Virus record (IMG/VR): IMGVR_UViG_3300045988_140731
Span: 1 to 32,699 of that record
DNA: 32,699 nucleotides
Direction: 5' to 3' (one strand)
Source: a virus
In this document: one piece after another, positions 19,610 to 26,505 of the stretch
Layout of the letters: the number at the start of each line of letters is the position of its first letter
Position numbering within the stretch: the first letter of the stretch is position 1
Made by a program: the position numbers and the translations under genes
The notes under the pieces: generated by a model
Database searches by the model: none
Told to the model about the DNA's origin: nothing
The model's input: only the letters and a program-made list of their open reading frames with translations

Positions 19610-20131
19610 ATGGTAACTTTATCACTTACAGCAGAGCAAATCGACCAACTTCGCAACATTGCGGCAGTCGGCGGCAAATGGCTTATGGCGGCTTTCACCG
19701 CTCTCGGCGGACTTGCAGGCATCGCAAAAATCATCACGACTTTTGTGGCAAGAAAGAAACCCGTAAAACTCAATCAATCAGACTACGAAGCAATCGCGAA
19801 CGCTATCGTCGATAAAACCAACGGCAGTATCGAAATCAATATGTCGTCCGAAATCGACAAGGCAACGCGTAACAGACTTACGGAAGTAGAAAAAGTCAAC
19901 GGCGAATTAGTCAAGGCTTGCAAACAACTTGTCAAATCGCAAAAGGCAATCGCAAACGCTGTTTCGGACTTTAAGACCATATCTACGAGTGCAAGAGACG
20001 AACTCAAAGCAAGTATGAATGACCTTGCGGACGGCGAAAACGGGCTCGTGGCGGTCGAAGCACCGAAAGTCGATAAACCTATCGTCAAAATAGAAAAAGT
20101 GGCAGAAAACGAAAATACGCCCTTGTATTAA
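19610..20131 (+). CDS. single-pass membrane protein with coiled-coil tail (holin / XhlA-like candidate)
   Basis: SD AAAGGAG. One TM segment, WLMAAFTALGGLAGIAKIITTFVA, is followed by KKP and then a helical domain. Confidence 0.5.
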   Translation: MVTLSLTAEQIDQLRNIAAVGGKWLMAAFTALGGLAGIAKIITTFVARKKPVKLNQSDYEAIANAIVDKTNGSIEINMSSEIDKATRNRLTEVEKVNGELVKACKQLVKSQKAIANAVSDFKTISTSARDELKASMNDLADGENGLVAVEAPKVDKPIVKIEKVAENENTPLY

Positions 20132-20143
20132 GGGGGTGAGAGT

Positions 20144-20650
20144 ATGAAACGAAACCCGAAAACCATAATGTCGGCTATAATGGAGTACATTGTGCTTATT
20201 GCGCCGACTGCGGGCTATGCGATATATTCGTACACCGATACATTGCAATACACGATGAGCGCGAACTCAAAGGGCTTCTTTTGGACACTTATCAGCCTTG
20301 CGATTTTATGCGCTATAATCTACGGCATATTTAAGTCAAGGTATGACGAGTATCTTAAAGGGTACTACCAACACAAGGCAGATTTGAAAGTCGCGGATAA
20401 CCCGTCGGAACTGTTAGTCAAGACCGTTGCGAAAGAAGAAAAGGTCGTATCTAACATAACCTACATACCGATTATGTTCTATCTTCTTATGGCGTTGGCT
20501 GTACTCTCGGCGTTCCGCGATGCGATTGAAAAGTTGGAACTCATTATCGAAATCATTGCAGGGAGCGTGTTCGGCAAAGTGTGCCTGCATTGTCTTACCG
20601 TTCATTTGCGGGAAGTTGCGACTATCAAAAAGGACGGTGAGACCGAATGA
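20144..20650 (+). CDS. multi-pass (about 4 TM) membrane protein, holin candidate
   Basis: SD GGGGGTGAG. Hydrophobic segments: IVLIAPTAGYAIYSY, FFWTLISLAILCAIIYGIF, ITYIPIMFYLLMALAVLSAF, IIEIIAGSVFGKVCLHCL. Confidence 0.5.
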   Translation: MKRNPKTIMSAIMEYIVLIAPTAGYAIYSYTDTLQYTMSANSKGFFWTLISLAILCAIIYGIFKSRYDEYLKGYYQHKADLKVADNPSELLVKTVAKEEKVVSNITYIPIMFYLLMALAVLSAFRDAIEKLELIIEIIAGSVFGKVCLHCLTVHLREVATIKKDGETE

Positions 20651-21687
20651 GTAACGAACGGAAAAGAGTTGTGCTTGTTGGTAGTCGAATAACCATTAAC
20701 GCGGCAATAGCGGTGTGTATCACGACGGCGTTGATTTTGTCGAGTTTTTTCATCTTCAAAGGTATCGAAACGCAAGTATCAGGAAAAGACTTTTGGATAC
20801 AAAAATCGGTTATGGCGGTCGCTACATTCTTGTTGATGTTCTCTATTGCGAACGTAACCGAAAACATAATGCTCGCAAAGGACAAGGATATAAACGACCG
20901 ACTGAACGCGTTAGACACGCACTATCAAACCATAATGGCGAACTACGAAACCGCCGACCTTGAAACCTACATCGAGAACTTGAACAAAGCGAACAAGTAT
21001 AAGAACTATATCCACAAATGGAAAAAGAAACTGCGCTTTGCAAGTCGCTTTAAGAAGTGGGGAACACCGAAAAGGCTTGAACGCATAAACAAAGCGTTGA
21101 CCGTTACGGCAGAAGAACTTTGGGAAAGCGGACAAAAAGTCAAGTATCATCGGATAACTTTCAGCCAAATGGTGAGCGGTGCGAACGATGTATCACCGAA
21201 CGATGATGAAAGCGATTTAAGGTCGCACAAAGCCCGCTACGGCGCACAAAAATTCGGTTGGAAGATTTTATCACTCGTTGCTTTTGGAGCGTTCTCGGGG
21301 CAATTATTGTACTCGTGGCAAGACTTCAACAAGGGTATGATTATCCCGCTTATTTTTCAGTGCGTAACGATTTTAATCTCTATCTACTCGGGAATATGTT
21401 TCGGTTGTGCGATGAACGAAAGGACGAAACAGACCTTAAAGCGCAAGTTAAAGATATTCTCGCAATTCAGATATAAAATGAACAACAAGGTCAACGGCGT
21501 TGCGAACTTGGGCGTGGAAGTAATCAAAGACCTTGAAGTCGAAAGAGCGAAAGAAAAATCTAATAACCCTATCAAGCGTACATTTGATGACACCTTTGGG
21601 AGCGGACAGCCCGTTAAGGCGGGAGCGTTCGTCGGAAAACTTATCTCGTCAACGATTGATATTGAAGCGGAAAAAATGGCTAACTAA
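20647..21687 (+). CDS. 346-aa membrane protein (2 TM + ~130-aa charged domain + 2 TM + ~90-aa tail), unknown function
   Basis: ATGA overlap with the upstream gene. TM segments: AAIAVCITTALILSSFFIF, VMAVATFLLMFSIANV, ILSLVAFGAFSGQLLY, IIPLIFQCVTILISIYSGICFGCA. Confidence 0.55.
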   Translation: MSNERKRVVLVGSRITINAAIAVCITTALILSSFFIFKGIETQVSGKDFWIQKSVMAVATFLLMFSIANVTENIMLAKDKDINDRLNALDTHYQTIMANYETADLETYIENLNKANKYKNYIHKWKKKLRFASRFKKWGTPKRLERINKALTVTAEELWESGQKVKYHRITFSQMVSGANDVSPNDDESDLRSHKARYGAQKFGWKILSLVAFGAFSGQLLYSWQDFNKGMIIPLIFQCVTILISIYSGICFGCAMNERTKQTLKRKLKIFSQFRYKMNNKVNGVANLGVEVIKDLEVERAKEKSNNPIKRTFDDTFGSGQPVKAGAFVGKLISSTIDIEAEKMAN

Positions 21688-21696
21688 AAGACAAAA

Positions 21697-21727
21697 CCCT
21701 CGGCATTTCGTCGGGGGCTTTGCTTTC
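21697..21727. terminator. bidirectional intrinsic terminator closing the late operon
   Basis: CCCTCG pairs with CGGGGG (6 bp, one G-U) around a 9-nt loop. The + strand tail is CTTTGCTTT and the - strand tail is TTTTGTCTTTT. Confidence 0.5.
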
Positions 21728-21790
21728 CAATAGGAGTGTAAAAATGATGTCAGTCGTTCGTGTGGCGACAATGGTATTATAGCATACTGA

Positions 21791-21949
21791 TTAAGGCTTG
21801 TCAATACCAAACCATATTTTTTTTGCGTTTTCGGGCAATTTGTCAGGCTCGGCGGGCTTTATGTGTGCAATAGAGTGTTCCGCTGACTGCAACGCCTTTC
21901 GTATTTCTTCGATTTTCTTTTTGTCGGTAATGATAACGTTCTCGTTCAT
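21791..21949 (-). CDS. only minus-strand candidate: 52-aa ORF (MNENVIITDKKKIEEIRKALQSAEHSIAHIKPAEPDKLPENAKKIWFGIDKP), or part of a non-coding transcript
   Basis: It lies downstream of a near-consensus minus-strand promoter (22053..22025) and upstream of the bidirectional terminator. There is no convincing SD. Confidence 0.3.
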   Translation of the reverse strand: MNENVIITDKKKIEEIRKALQSAEHSIAHIKPAEPDKLPENAKKIWFGIDKP

Positions 21950-22024
21950 AGTTATAGATTAAAGGCGACAAAGTGTTGCCACATCATCGCCTAAAACAAA
22001 GGGGGAAACTTAAATGATAATTTT

Positions 22025-22053
22025 ATTATAAGCGATTGTCCGCAAAAAGTCAA
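22025..22053 (-). promoter_or_regulatory. SigA/sigma70-type promoter on the minus strand (TTGACT-17-TATAAT)
   Basis: The reverse complement of 22048..22053 is TTGACT and of 22025..22030 is TATAAT. The 17-nt spacer ends with GACAATCGCT. Confidence 0.6.
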
Positions 22054-22099
22054 GCAAAAAATTTATAAAAAAATTGCAACAAAAGTATTGACAATCGCT
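22031..22099. repeat. 10-bp perfect inverted repeat AGCGATTGTC (22031..22040) / GACAATCGCT (22090..22099), operator candidate
   Basis: One arm abuts the -10 of the minus promoter. The other arm overlaps the -35 of the plus promoter. Centres are 59 bp apart. Confidence 0.6.
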
Positions 22100-22116
22100 G
22101 GAAAGTGGTGTATGAT
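22088..22116 (+). promoter_or_regulatory. SigA/sigma70-type promoter for the replication operon (TTGACA-17-TATGAT), with an A/T-rich upstream region
   Basis: TTGACA at 22088..22093 and TATGAT at 22111..22116. Upstream sequence is aaaaaatttataaaaaaatt. Confidence 0.7.
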
Positions 22117-22122
22117 ATAAGA

Positions 22123-22238
22123 GTAATCGATATTCGGTGAGTGGCTACTTCGGGTATCGCAAAACTGAATATCGGTTGTGAAAAGACGCCTTGACTATAT
22201 CCCGTTAGCCACCCTGGGGAAAAGTTAGGGCGTTTTTT
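22123..22238 (+). ncRNA. structured ~115-nt leader or small RNA: long 5' hairpin plus intrinsic terminator directly upstream of the rep gene SD
   Basis: Hairpin 1: 22128..22137 pairs with 22165..22174 (10 bp, extendable). Terminator: ACGCCTTGACT (22186..22196) pairs with AGTTAGGGCGT (22223..22233), followed by T6. The two loops are 7-nt complementary: GTGGCTA at 22141..22147 and TAGCCAC at 22206..22212. Confidence 0.5.
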
Positions 22239-22260
22239 CTATACGAAAAGGAGATTGCTT

Positions 22261-23463
22261 ATGGCAGAGAAAAGGTATTATTGGCTAAAACTTAAAGAGA
22301 ACTATTTTGATAGCCCAAAAATCAAAAAGTTGAGAAAAATTGCGGGTGGAGATACATACACGATTATCTATCTTAAACTGCAATTATTAAGCATTAAAAA
22401 CAATGGCATTATCGAATATGAAAAGATAGAGCCGACTTTTCAGGAAGAACTTGCTTTGAAACTTGACGAAGATGTCGAAAACATAAGTGTTACACTTTCT
22501 TACTTGCAATCGCAAGGGTTAGTAGATGTAAACGAAAACAATGATTTCTTCCTTATTGAAGCAAGTAATAACATAGGAAGCGAAAGCGAAAGTGCTGAAA
22601 GAGTTAGACTTTTTAGAGAACGTAAAAATCAAAAAGTGCTACAAGAACCAAAATCTAATGCTATAAGGCAAAGACAATTTCGTGCAAAAGAAATATGTAA
22701 ACAATCACAACATATCCCTATGATTGAAGATTATATCAACAACAAGAGATATAACGGGAACTATTATTTGGTTTTCAAGCGAGATGAAATGAAGTGTGCT
22801 ATTTGTGGAGAAACCGAAAACTTATGTGTTCATCATATAGACGGATATGACGAAAATAAACCACAAAATAGCAACGAGAACAAGATGATTACTTTATGCC
22901 GTGAATGTCATAGCAAAGTACATTCTCAAAGCATAGATATTCCGAAACTTAAACTTGAAAGCATTGGATATTTTGATGAGTGTAACGAAAGTAACGAAAT
23001 GTGTAACGATAGTGTAACGGAAGTGAAACAAATCTCTATATCTAATTCTAACTCTACTTCTAACTCTACCTCTAACTCTAATTCTACTTCTAATAACAAG
23101 GATAAGAAAGATAGCGAGATAGAACAAGAATTTGAAGAAGTCTGGAAAGTCTATCCACGCAAAGAAGATAAAAAGAAAGCATTTATGGCTTATAAGACTG
23201 CGAGAAAGAAAGCAAGTTTTGACGAAATCAAAAAAGGCGTTGAAACTTACAGCAATCATATTAAGGCAAGCAACACCGACAAACGCTACATAAAACTCGG
23301 AGCGACTTATTTCAACGGCGAGTGCTGGGCGAACAATTACGAGCAAAGCGAGCCGCAAGAAGAAACGGAAGAACAAAAGACACAGCGTGAACTTTTAGAA
23401 CTGCGCAAAGCAAGACCTGACCTTTCTAATTACAGCGACAAAGACTTATTGAGATATTTTTAA
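22261..23463 (+). CDS. replisome organiser (N-terminal domain) - HNH nuclease - Ser/Asn/Thr linker - C-terminal YPxK-type replication domain fusion
   Basis: ATG 22261 is 7 nt after GGAG. The N-terminus, KRYYWLKLKENYFDSPKIKKL...TYTIIYLKLQL, is typical of phage replisome organisers. HNH motif: CAICGETENLCVHHIDG...LCRECHSKVH. C-terminal motif: FEEVWKVYPRKEDKKKAFMAY. Confidence 0.7.
   Translation: MAEKRYYWLKLKENYFDSPKIKKLRKIAGGDTYTIIYLKLQLLSIKNNGIIEYEKIEPTFQEELALKLDEDVENISVTLSYLQSQGLVDVNENNDFFLIEASNNIGSESESAERVRLFRERKNQKVLQEPKSNAIRQRQFRAKEICKQSQHIPMIEDYINNKRYNGNYYLVFKRDEMKCAICGETENLCVHHIDGYDENKPQNSNENKMITLCRECHSKVHSQSIDIPKLKLESIGYFDECNESNEMCNDSVTEVKQISISNSNSTSNSTSNSNSTSNNKDKKDSEIEQEFEEVWKVYPRKEDKKKAFMAYKTARKKASFDEIKKGVETYSNHIKASNTDKRYIKLGATYFNGECWANNYEQSEPQEETEEQKTQRELLELRKARPDLSNYSDKDLLRYF
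22982..23019 (+). repeat. 4 x GTAACG direct repeats at 9-12 bp spacing (iteron candidates)
   Basis: GTAACG occurs at 22982, 22991, 23003 and 23014, inside the rep gene. Confidence 0.45.
23041..23094 (+). repeat. hexanucleotide microsatellite (TCTAAY/TCTACY) x 9
   Basis: tctaat tctaac tctact tctaac tctacc tctaac tctaat tctact tctaat encodes SNSNSTSNSTSNSNSTSN. Confidence 0.85.
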
Positions 23464-23475
23464 GGAGAACGAAAA

Positions 23476-24273
23476 ATGAAAAGAGATACACAATTATACT
23501 TATTGGCATTAAAAAGATACGAACGCACGATGATGACCGACGGCGAGTACATTAAAGACGATGTGTTGTATTGTGCGAACTGCAACACGCCGAAAGCGAT
23601 GCCTGACCTTATCGACCAAAACGGCAATCTTGTGATGTGTGCGTGCGAGTGTCGGGACAGGCGAAACCGTGAAGACGAAGAAGAAGAGCGCAAGTGGAAA
23701 CTTTTACAGAAAATAGCACAACTTAAAGAAATATCGCTTATGGACGAACGATATTCCAAAGTGAGTTTTGAAACGAGCGCAAGGGGGACGGACGAGTACG
23801 AAAAAGCCGTAGCCGTGTGTAAGGACTATTGCACGAACGCAAGACAGAACTTTAAGGACGGCAAAGGTTTATTCATTTACGGCAATACGGGAATGGGCAA
23901 AACGCATATATCGGCGTGTATGGCAAACGACCTTTTGGAACAGGGTTATAAAATCAAATTCACGAACATAAACCGCATAATCGACCTTATCTACGAGAAT
24001 GCGACCGCCGAACTGACGGAAATAAAGCGATGCGACTTTTTATTTTTGGACGACTTCGGGAAAGATGTTGTTATGAAGAACAATCAGGACACTTGGTTGC
24101 AGTCGAAAATCTACAACATAATCAACGACCGTTACATAGGCGAAAGACCGATTATAATCACTTCTAACAGCACATTGCGAACGCTTATGCAGAAAGGATA
24201 TGATATTGTTACAATCGACCGCATAAGGGAAATGTGCGAGCAAATTGAGGTCAAGGGGGAGAATTGGCGTTAA
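23476..24273 (+). CDS. DnaC/IstB-like AAA+ helicase loader with N-terminal Cys-rich segment
   Basis: SD AAGGAG. Walker A motif GNTGMGKTH and Walker B motif FLFLDDFG. N-terminal CANCN...CACEC. Confidence 0.8.
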   Translation: MKRDTQLYLLALKRYERTMMTDGEYIKDDVLYCANCNTPKAMPDLIDQNGNLVMCACECRDRRNREDEEEERKWKLLQKIAQLKEISLMDERYSKVSFETSARGTDEYEKAVAVCKDYCTNARQNFKDGKGLFIYGNTGMGKTHISACMANDLLEQGYKIKFTNINRIIDLIYENATAELTEIKRCDFLFLDDFGKDVVMKNNQDTWLQSKIYNIINDRYIGERPIIITSNSTLRTLMQKGYDIVTIDRIREMCEQIEVKGENWR

Positions 24274-24294
24274 ACCGATTTATAAGGAGTGAAT

Positions 24295-25164
24295 ATGGCA
24301 CTTATAGAATATAGGCTTGACGGAACGGTCAACAAAGTAGAAAACGCAATAAAACGCATACAATTAGCGAACTTATCCGAAGAACCGTTGTATGTATGTT
24401 ATAGCGGTGGCAAAGACAGTAAGGTCATTCGACACCTGATGGGTATGAGCGGAGTACCGCACGAACTGCATTATAACTTAACTACGGTAGATATTCCGTC
24501 AGTGGTACGCGAAATTATGGACGACAAGGAAGTTATCATCGAAAAGGCAAGATACTCTGACGGAACTCAAAAAACTATGTGGAACTTGATTGTCAAAAAA
24601 CATATGCCACCGACAAGAATATGCCGCTATTGTTGCTCCGAACTCAAAGAAGCGAGCGGGAAAGGACGGATATGTGTTACGGGCGTAAGAGCCGCCGAAA
24701 GCGTTTCTCGTGCGAAAAAAGCGGGGGAAGCAAAGATATTTGGCGGAAATGGCGTGGAAGTCATACACAATATGGACAATGACGAAAACCGCCGAATGAT
24801 TGAACAATGTTACCGAACTCAAAAAACGATTATCAATCCGATAATTGATTGGACGGACGACGATATTTGGGAGTTTTCAAAAGCCGAAAATATCAGACAA
24901 AATCCTTTGTATTTACAATGTGGCGGCACAAGGAAAAGACTTGGTTGTATTTTATGCCCTATGGCAAGAATAGAAGATAAACTTAACGACTTAAAGGACT
25001 ATCCTAAAATTGCCGAATGTTATATTAAAGCGTTCGACAAAATGCTTGAAAATATGCCAAACGATAAAAAAGTGTCGTGGAAGAACGGCACGGAAGTTAT
25101 GGACTGGTGGTTGTACGGAAACAAGGAAACCGACGAAAACCAAATCAGTTTTGACGACTTATAA
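24295..25164 (+). CDS. PAPS reductase / DndC-like PP-loop family protein
   Basis: ATG 24295 is 5 nt after AAGGAG. PP-loop motif YSGGKDS. Also CRYCCSELKE, TGVRAAES and a C-terminal LGCILCP cysteine pair. Confidence 0.75.
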   Translation: MALIEYRLDGTVNKVENAIKRIQLANLSEEPLYVCYSGGKDSKVIRHLMGMSGVPHELHYNLTTVDIPSVVREIMDDKEVIIEKARYSDGTQKTMWNLIVKKHMPPTRICRYCCSELKEASGKGRICVTGVRAAESVSRAKKAGEAKIFGGNGVEVIHNMDNDENRRMIEQCYRTQKTIINPIIDWTDDDIWEFSKAENIRQNPLYLQCGGTRKRLGCILCPMARIEDKLNDLKDYPKIAECYIKAFDKMLENMPNDKKVSWKNGTEVMDWWLYGNKETDENQISFDDL

Positions 25165-25291
25165 GCAATGCACCGTCGGGGCGGCGACGGCGTAAATAAA
25201 CAACAACATAATAAAATAACACCCTTGTCGAGAAACCGCCCTTTCTCGGCTGACAAAAAAGGACTTTACAAAACAAACAAAAGGTGATATA

Positions 25292-25483
25292 ATGAGTAAA
25301 TCAAAGGCGAACGAATTATTGCAGGAACTACATACCAACCTTTCGGCGAACTGGACGGGGAAAGCACGCTTCTCGTCGTCGGAAGCAATAAAGATGTGTC
25401 GGGAAATTGTCTATGAATACGATAACGATGATAGTAATCGGGATAACACTGATGATAGTGTTTCCGCTGTTGGCGAACAATGA
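25292..25483 (+). CDS. hypothetical protein, acidic C-terminus
   Basis: 63 aa with SD AAAGGTGA. Confidence 0.5.
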   Translation: MSKSKANELLQELHTNLSANWTGKARFSSSEAIKMCREIVYEYDNDDSNRDNTDDSVSAVGEQ

Positions 25484-25746
25484 TTGATTTTGACGAAAAG
25501 TGGAAAGAATACCGTAATCGGGCGATACAGGCGTTAGGAACGGCGATTGTAATCACCTTGATAGTTGTGGCGAACATAGGTCTTATAGCGTGCATAGGGC
25601 GTTTATCGGCGCAACAAACGAAGTATCTTTTGTATGCTCAATGCGGACTTGTTGATATACTCGGGTGCGTTGGAATGATACATTGTTATCACTACTTTGA
25701 CAAATGGAAGGAGAAAAAGAAAAATGGGAATGATAAGAACAAATGA
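25480..25746 (+). CDS. small 2-TM membrane protein
   Basis: ATGA overlap with the upstream gene. TM segments: TAIVITLIVVANIGLIACIG and GLVDILGCVGMIHCY. Confidence 0.5.
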   Translation: MIDFDEKWKEYRNRAIQALGTAIVITLIVVANIGLIACIGRLSAQQTKYLLYAQCGLVDILGCVGMIHCYHYFDKWKEKKKNGNDKNK

Positions 25747-25906
25747 CGGCAGGGTGATTGTGGCAATTCCGTCGGTATGGAAAATCGGAGATAGTAAGTG
25801 GGCGGTTTATTTTATGGAAGATAACCAACTTTATACCGCTATATACTACACGGAAGAAAAGGCTCGGCACAGATACGAAAAGGAACTTGAAAAATGCACT
25901 CGATAA
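25724..25906 (+). CDS. hypothetical protein (60 aa)
   Basis: Internal ATG following GGAAGGAG. The gene ends inside the terminator hairpin. Confidence 0.45.
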   Translation: MGMIRTNDGRVIVAIPSVWKIGDSKWAVYFMEDNQLYTAIYYTEEKARHRYEKELEKCTR

Positions 25907-25921
25907 CGGGTGTGTTTTTTT
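25897..25921 (+). terminator. intrinsic terminator
   Basis: CACTCG-ATAA-CGGGTG stem-loop (6 bp, one G-U) followed by TG and then T7. Confidence 0.6.
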
Positions 25922-25968
25922 GTGCGAAAAATTTTTGAAAAAACTTTGAAAAAAATATTGAAAAACTA

Positions 25969-25997
25969 TTGACAATAGGACGGGGCGGGTGTATAAT
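25969..25997 (+). promoter_or_regulatory. SigA-type promoter TTGACA-17-TATAAT preceded by three phased TTGAAAAA tracts
   Basis: TTGACA at 25969..25974 and TATAAT at 25992..25997. TTGAAAAA repeats begin near 25935, 25946 and 25958. Confidence 0.75.
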
Positions 25998-26041
25998 GTA
26001 ATTGTAAAGATTAAGAAAGGCGCAAGCCGAAGGAGTTAAAA

Positions 26042-26290
26042 ATGACAAAACAAGAAGCAACAGAAATCAAGAAGGCAATTAAAGGTTTCACCGTTTACTT
26101 CCAAAGCAAAACAGGGAAATTGAGAGTTAGAGCCTACACATACACAAGCAATTATGACAAAGAAACCGAACAGAAAAGAATAGTTGAGTTGCTGAACAGA
26201 GTTTCGGAAAGCGGGTATAGACCGAAATACGAAATCGAACATAGAACATATCAAGGTTTCATTCACGATACAGACATTGTTTTTCAATAA
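26042..26290 (+). CDS. hypothetical early protein (82 aa)
   Basis: SD GAAGGAG. It is the first gene after the promoter cassette. Confidence 0.6.
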   Translation: MTKQEATEIKKAIKGFTVYFQSKTGKLRVRAYTYTSNYDKETEQKRIVELLNRVSESGYRPKYEIEHRTYQGFIHDTDIVFQ

Positions 26291-26337
26291 AGTAAAAGCC
26301 GAGCGGGGACGGCTAAATCCCCGCAAAGGAGAAAGAT

Positions 26338-26505
26338 ATGAACGCGAGAGAATTGGCGGAAAAACACGGTGTGAGTCATACATTGATTTACAATATGGCG
26401 AAGAAACTCGGCAGATTGCCGACTGATGAAGAAATCGAAAACCGCAACCGCAAGACGGGAAGACCGCAGAAGTACAGGAGTATCGAAGATGAAGACGGAA
26501 AATAG
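26338..26505 (+). CDS. small helix-turn-helix DNA-binding protein (55 aa)
   Basis: SD AAAGGAG. ELAEKHGVSHTLIYNMAKKLG resembles an HTH. It is below the 60-aa cutoff of the ORF track. Confidence 0.5.
   Translation: MNARELAEKHGVSHTLIYNMAKKLGRLPTDEEIENRNRKTGRPQKYRSIEDEDGK

Noticed and set aside
21731-21772. AGGAGTGTAAAAATG initiation region (like those at 29846 and 30016) followed by a 12-codon ORF after the late terminator
   Set aside because: The ORF is too short to support as a gene. It may be the relic of a lost gene start, and it overlaps the minus-strand transcript region.
23041-23094. Short regular repeats that could be mistaken for a mini CRISPR-like or other array
   Set aside because: The units are contiguous 6-mers with no spacers, lying in frame inside a coding region. 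This is a coding microsatellite.
25265-25293. TTTACA-17-TATAAT match upstream of ORF 25292
   Set aside because: The -10 hexamer overlaps the ATG, so transcription would start inside the gene. This is probably chance in A/T-rich sequence.
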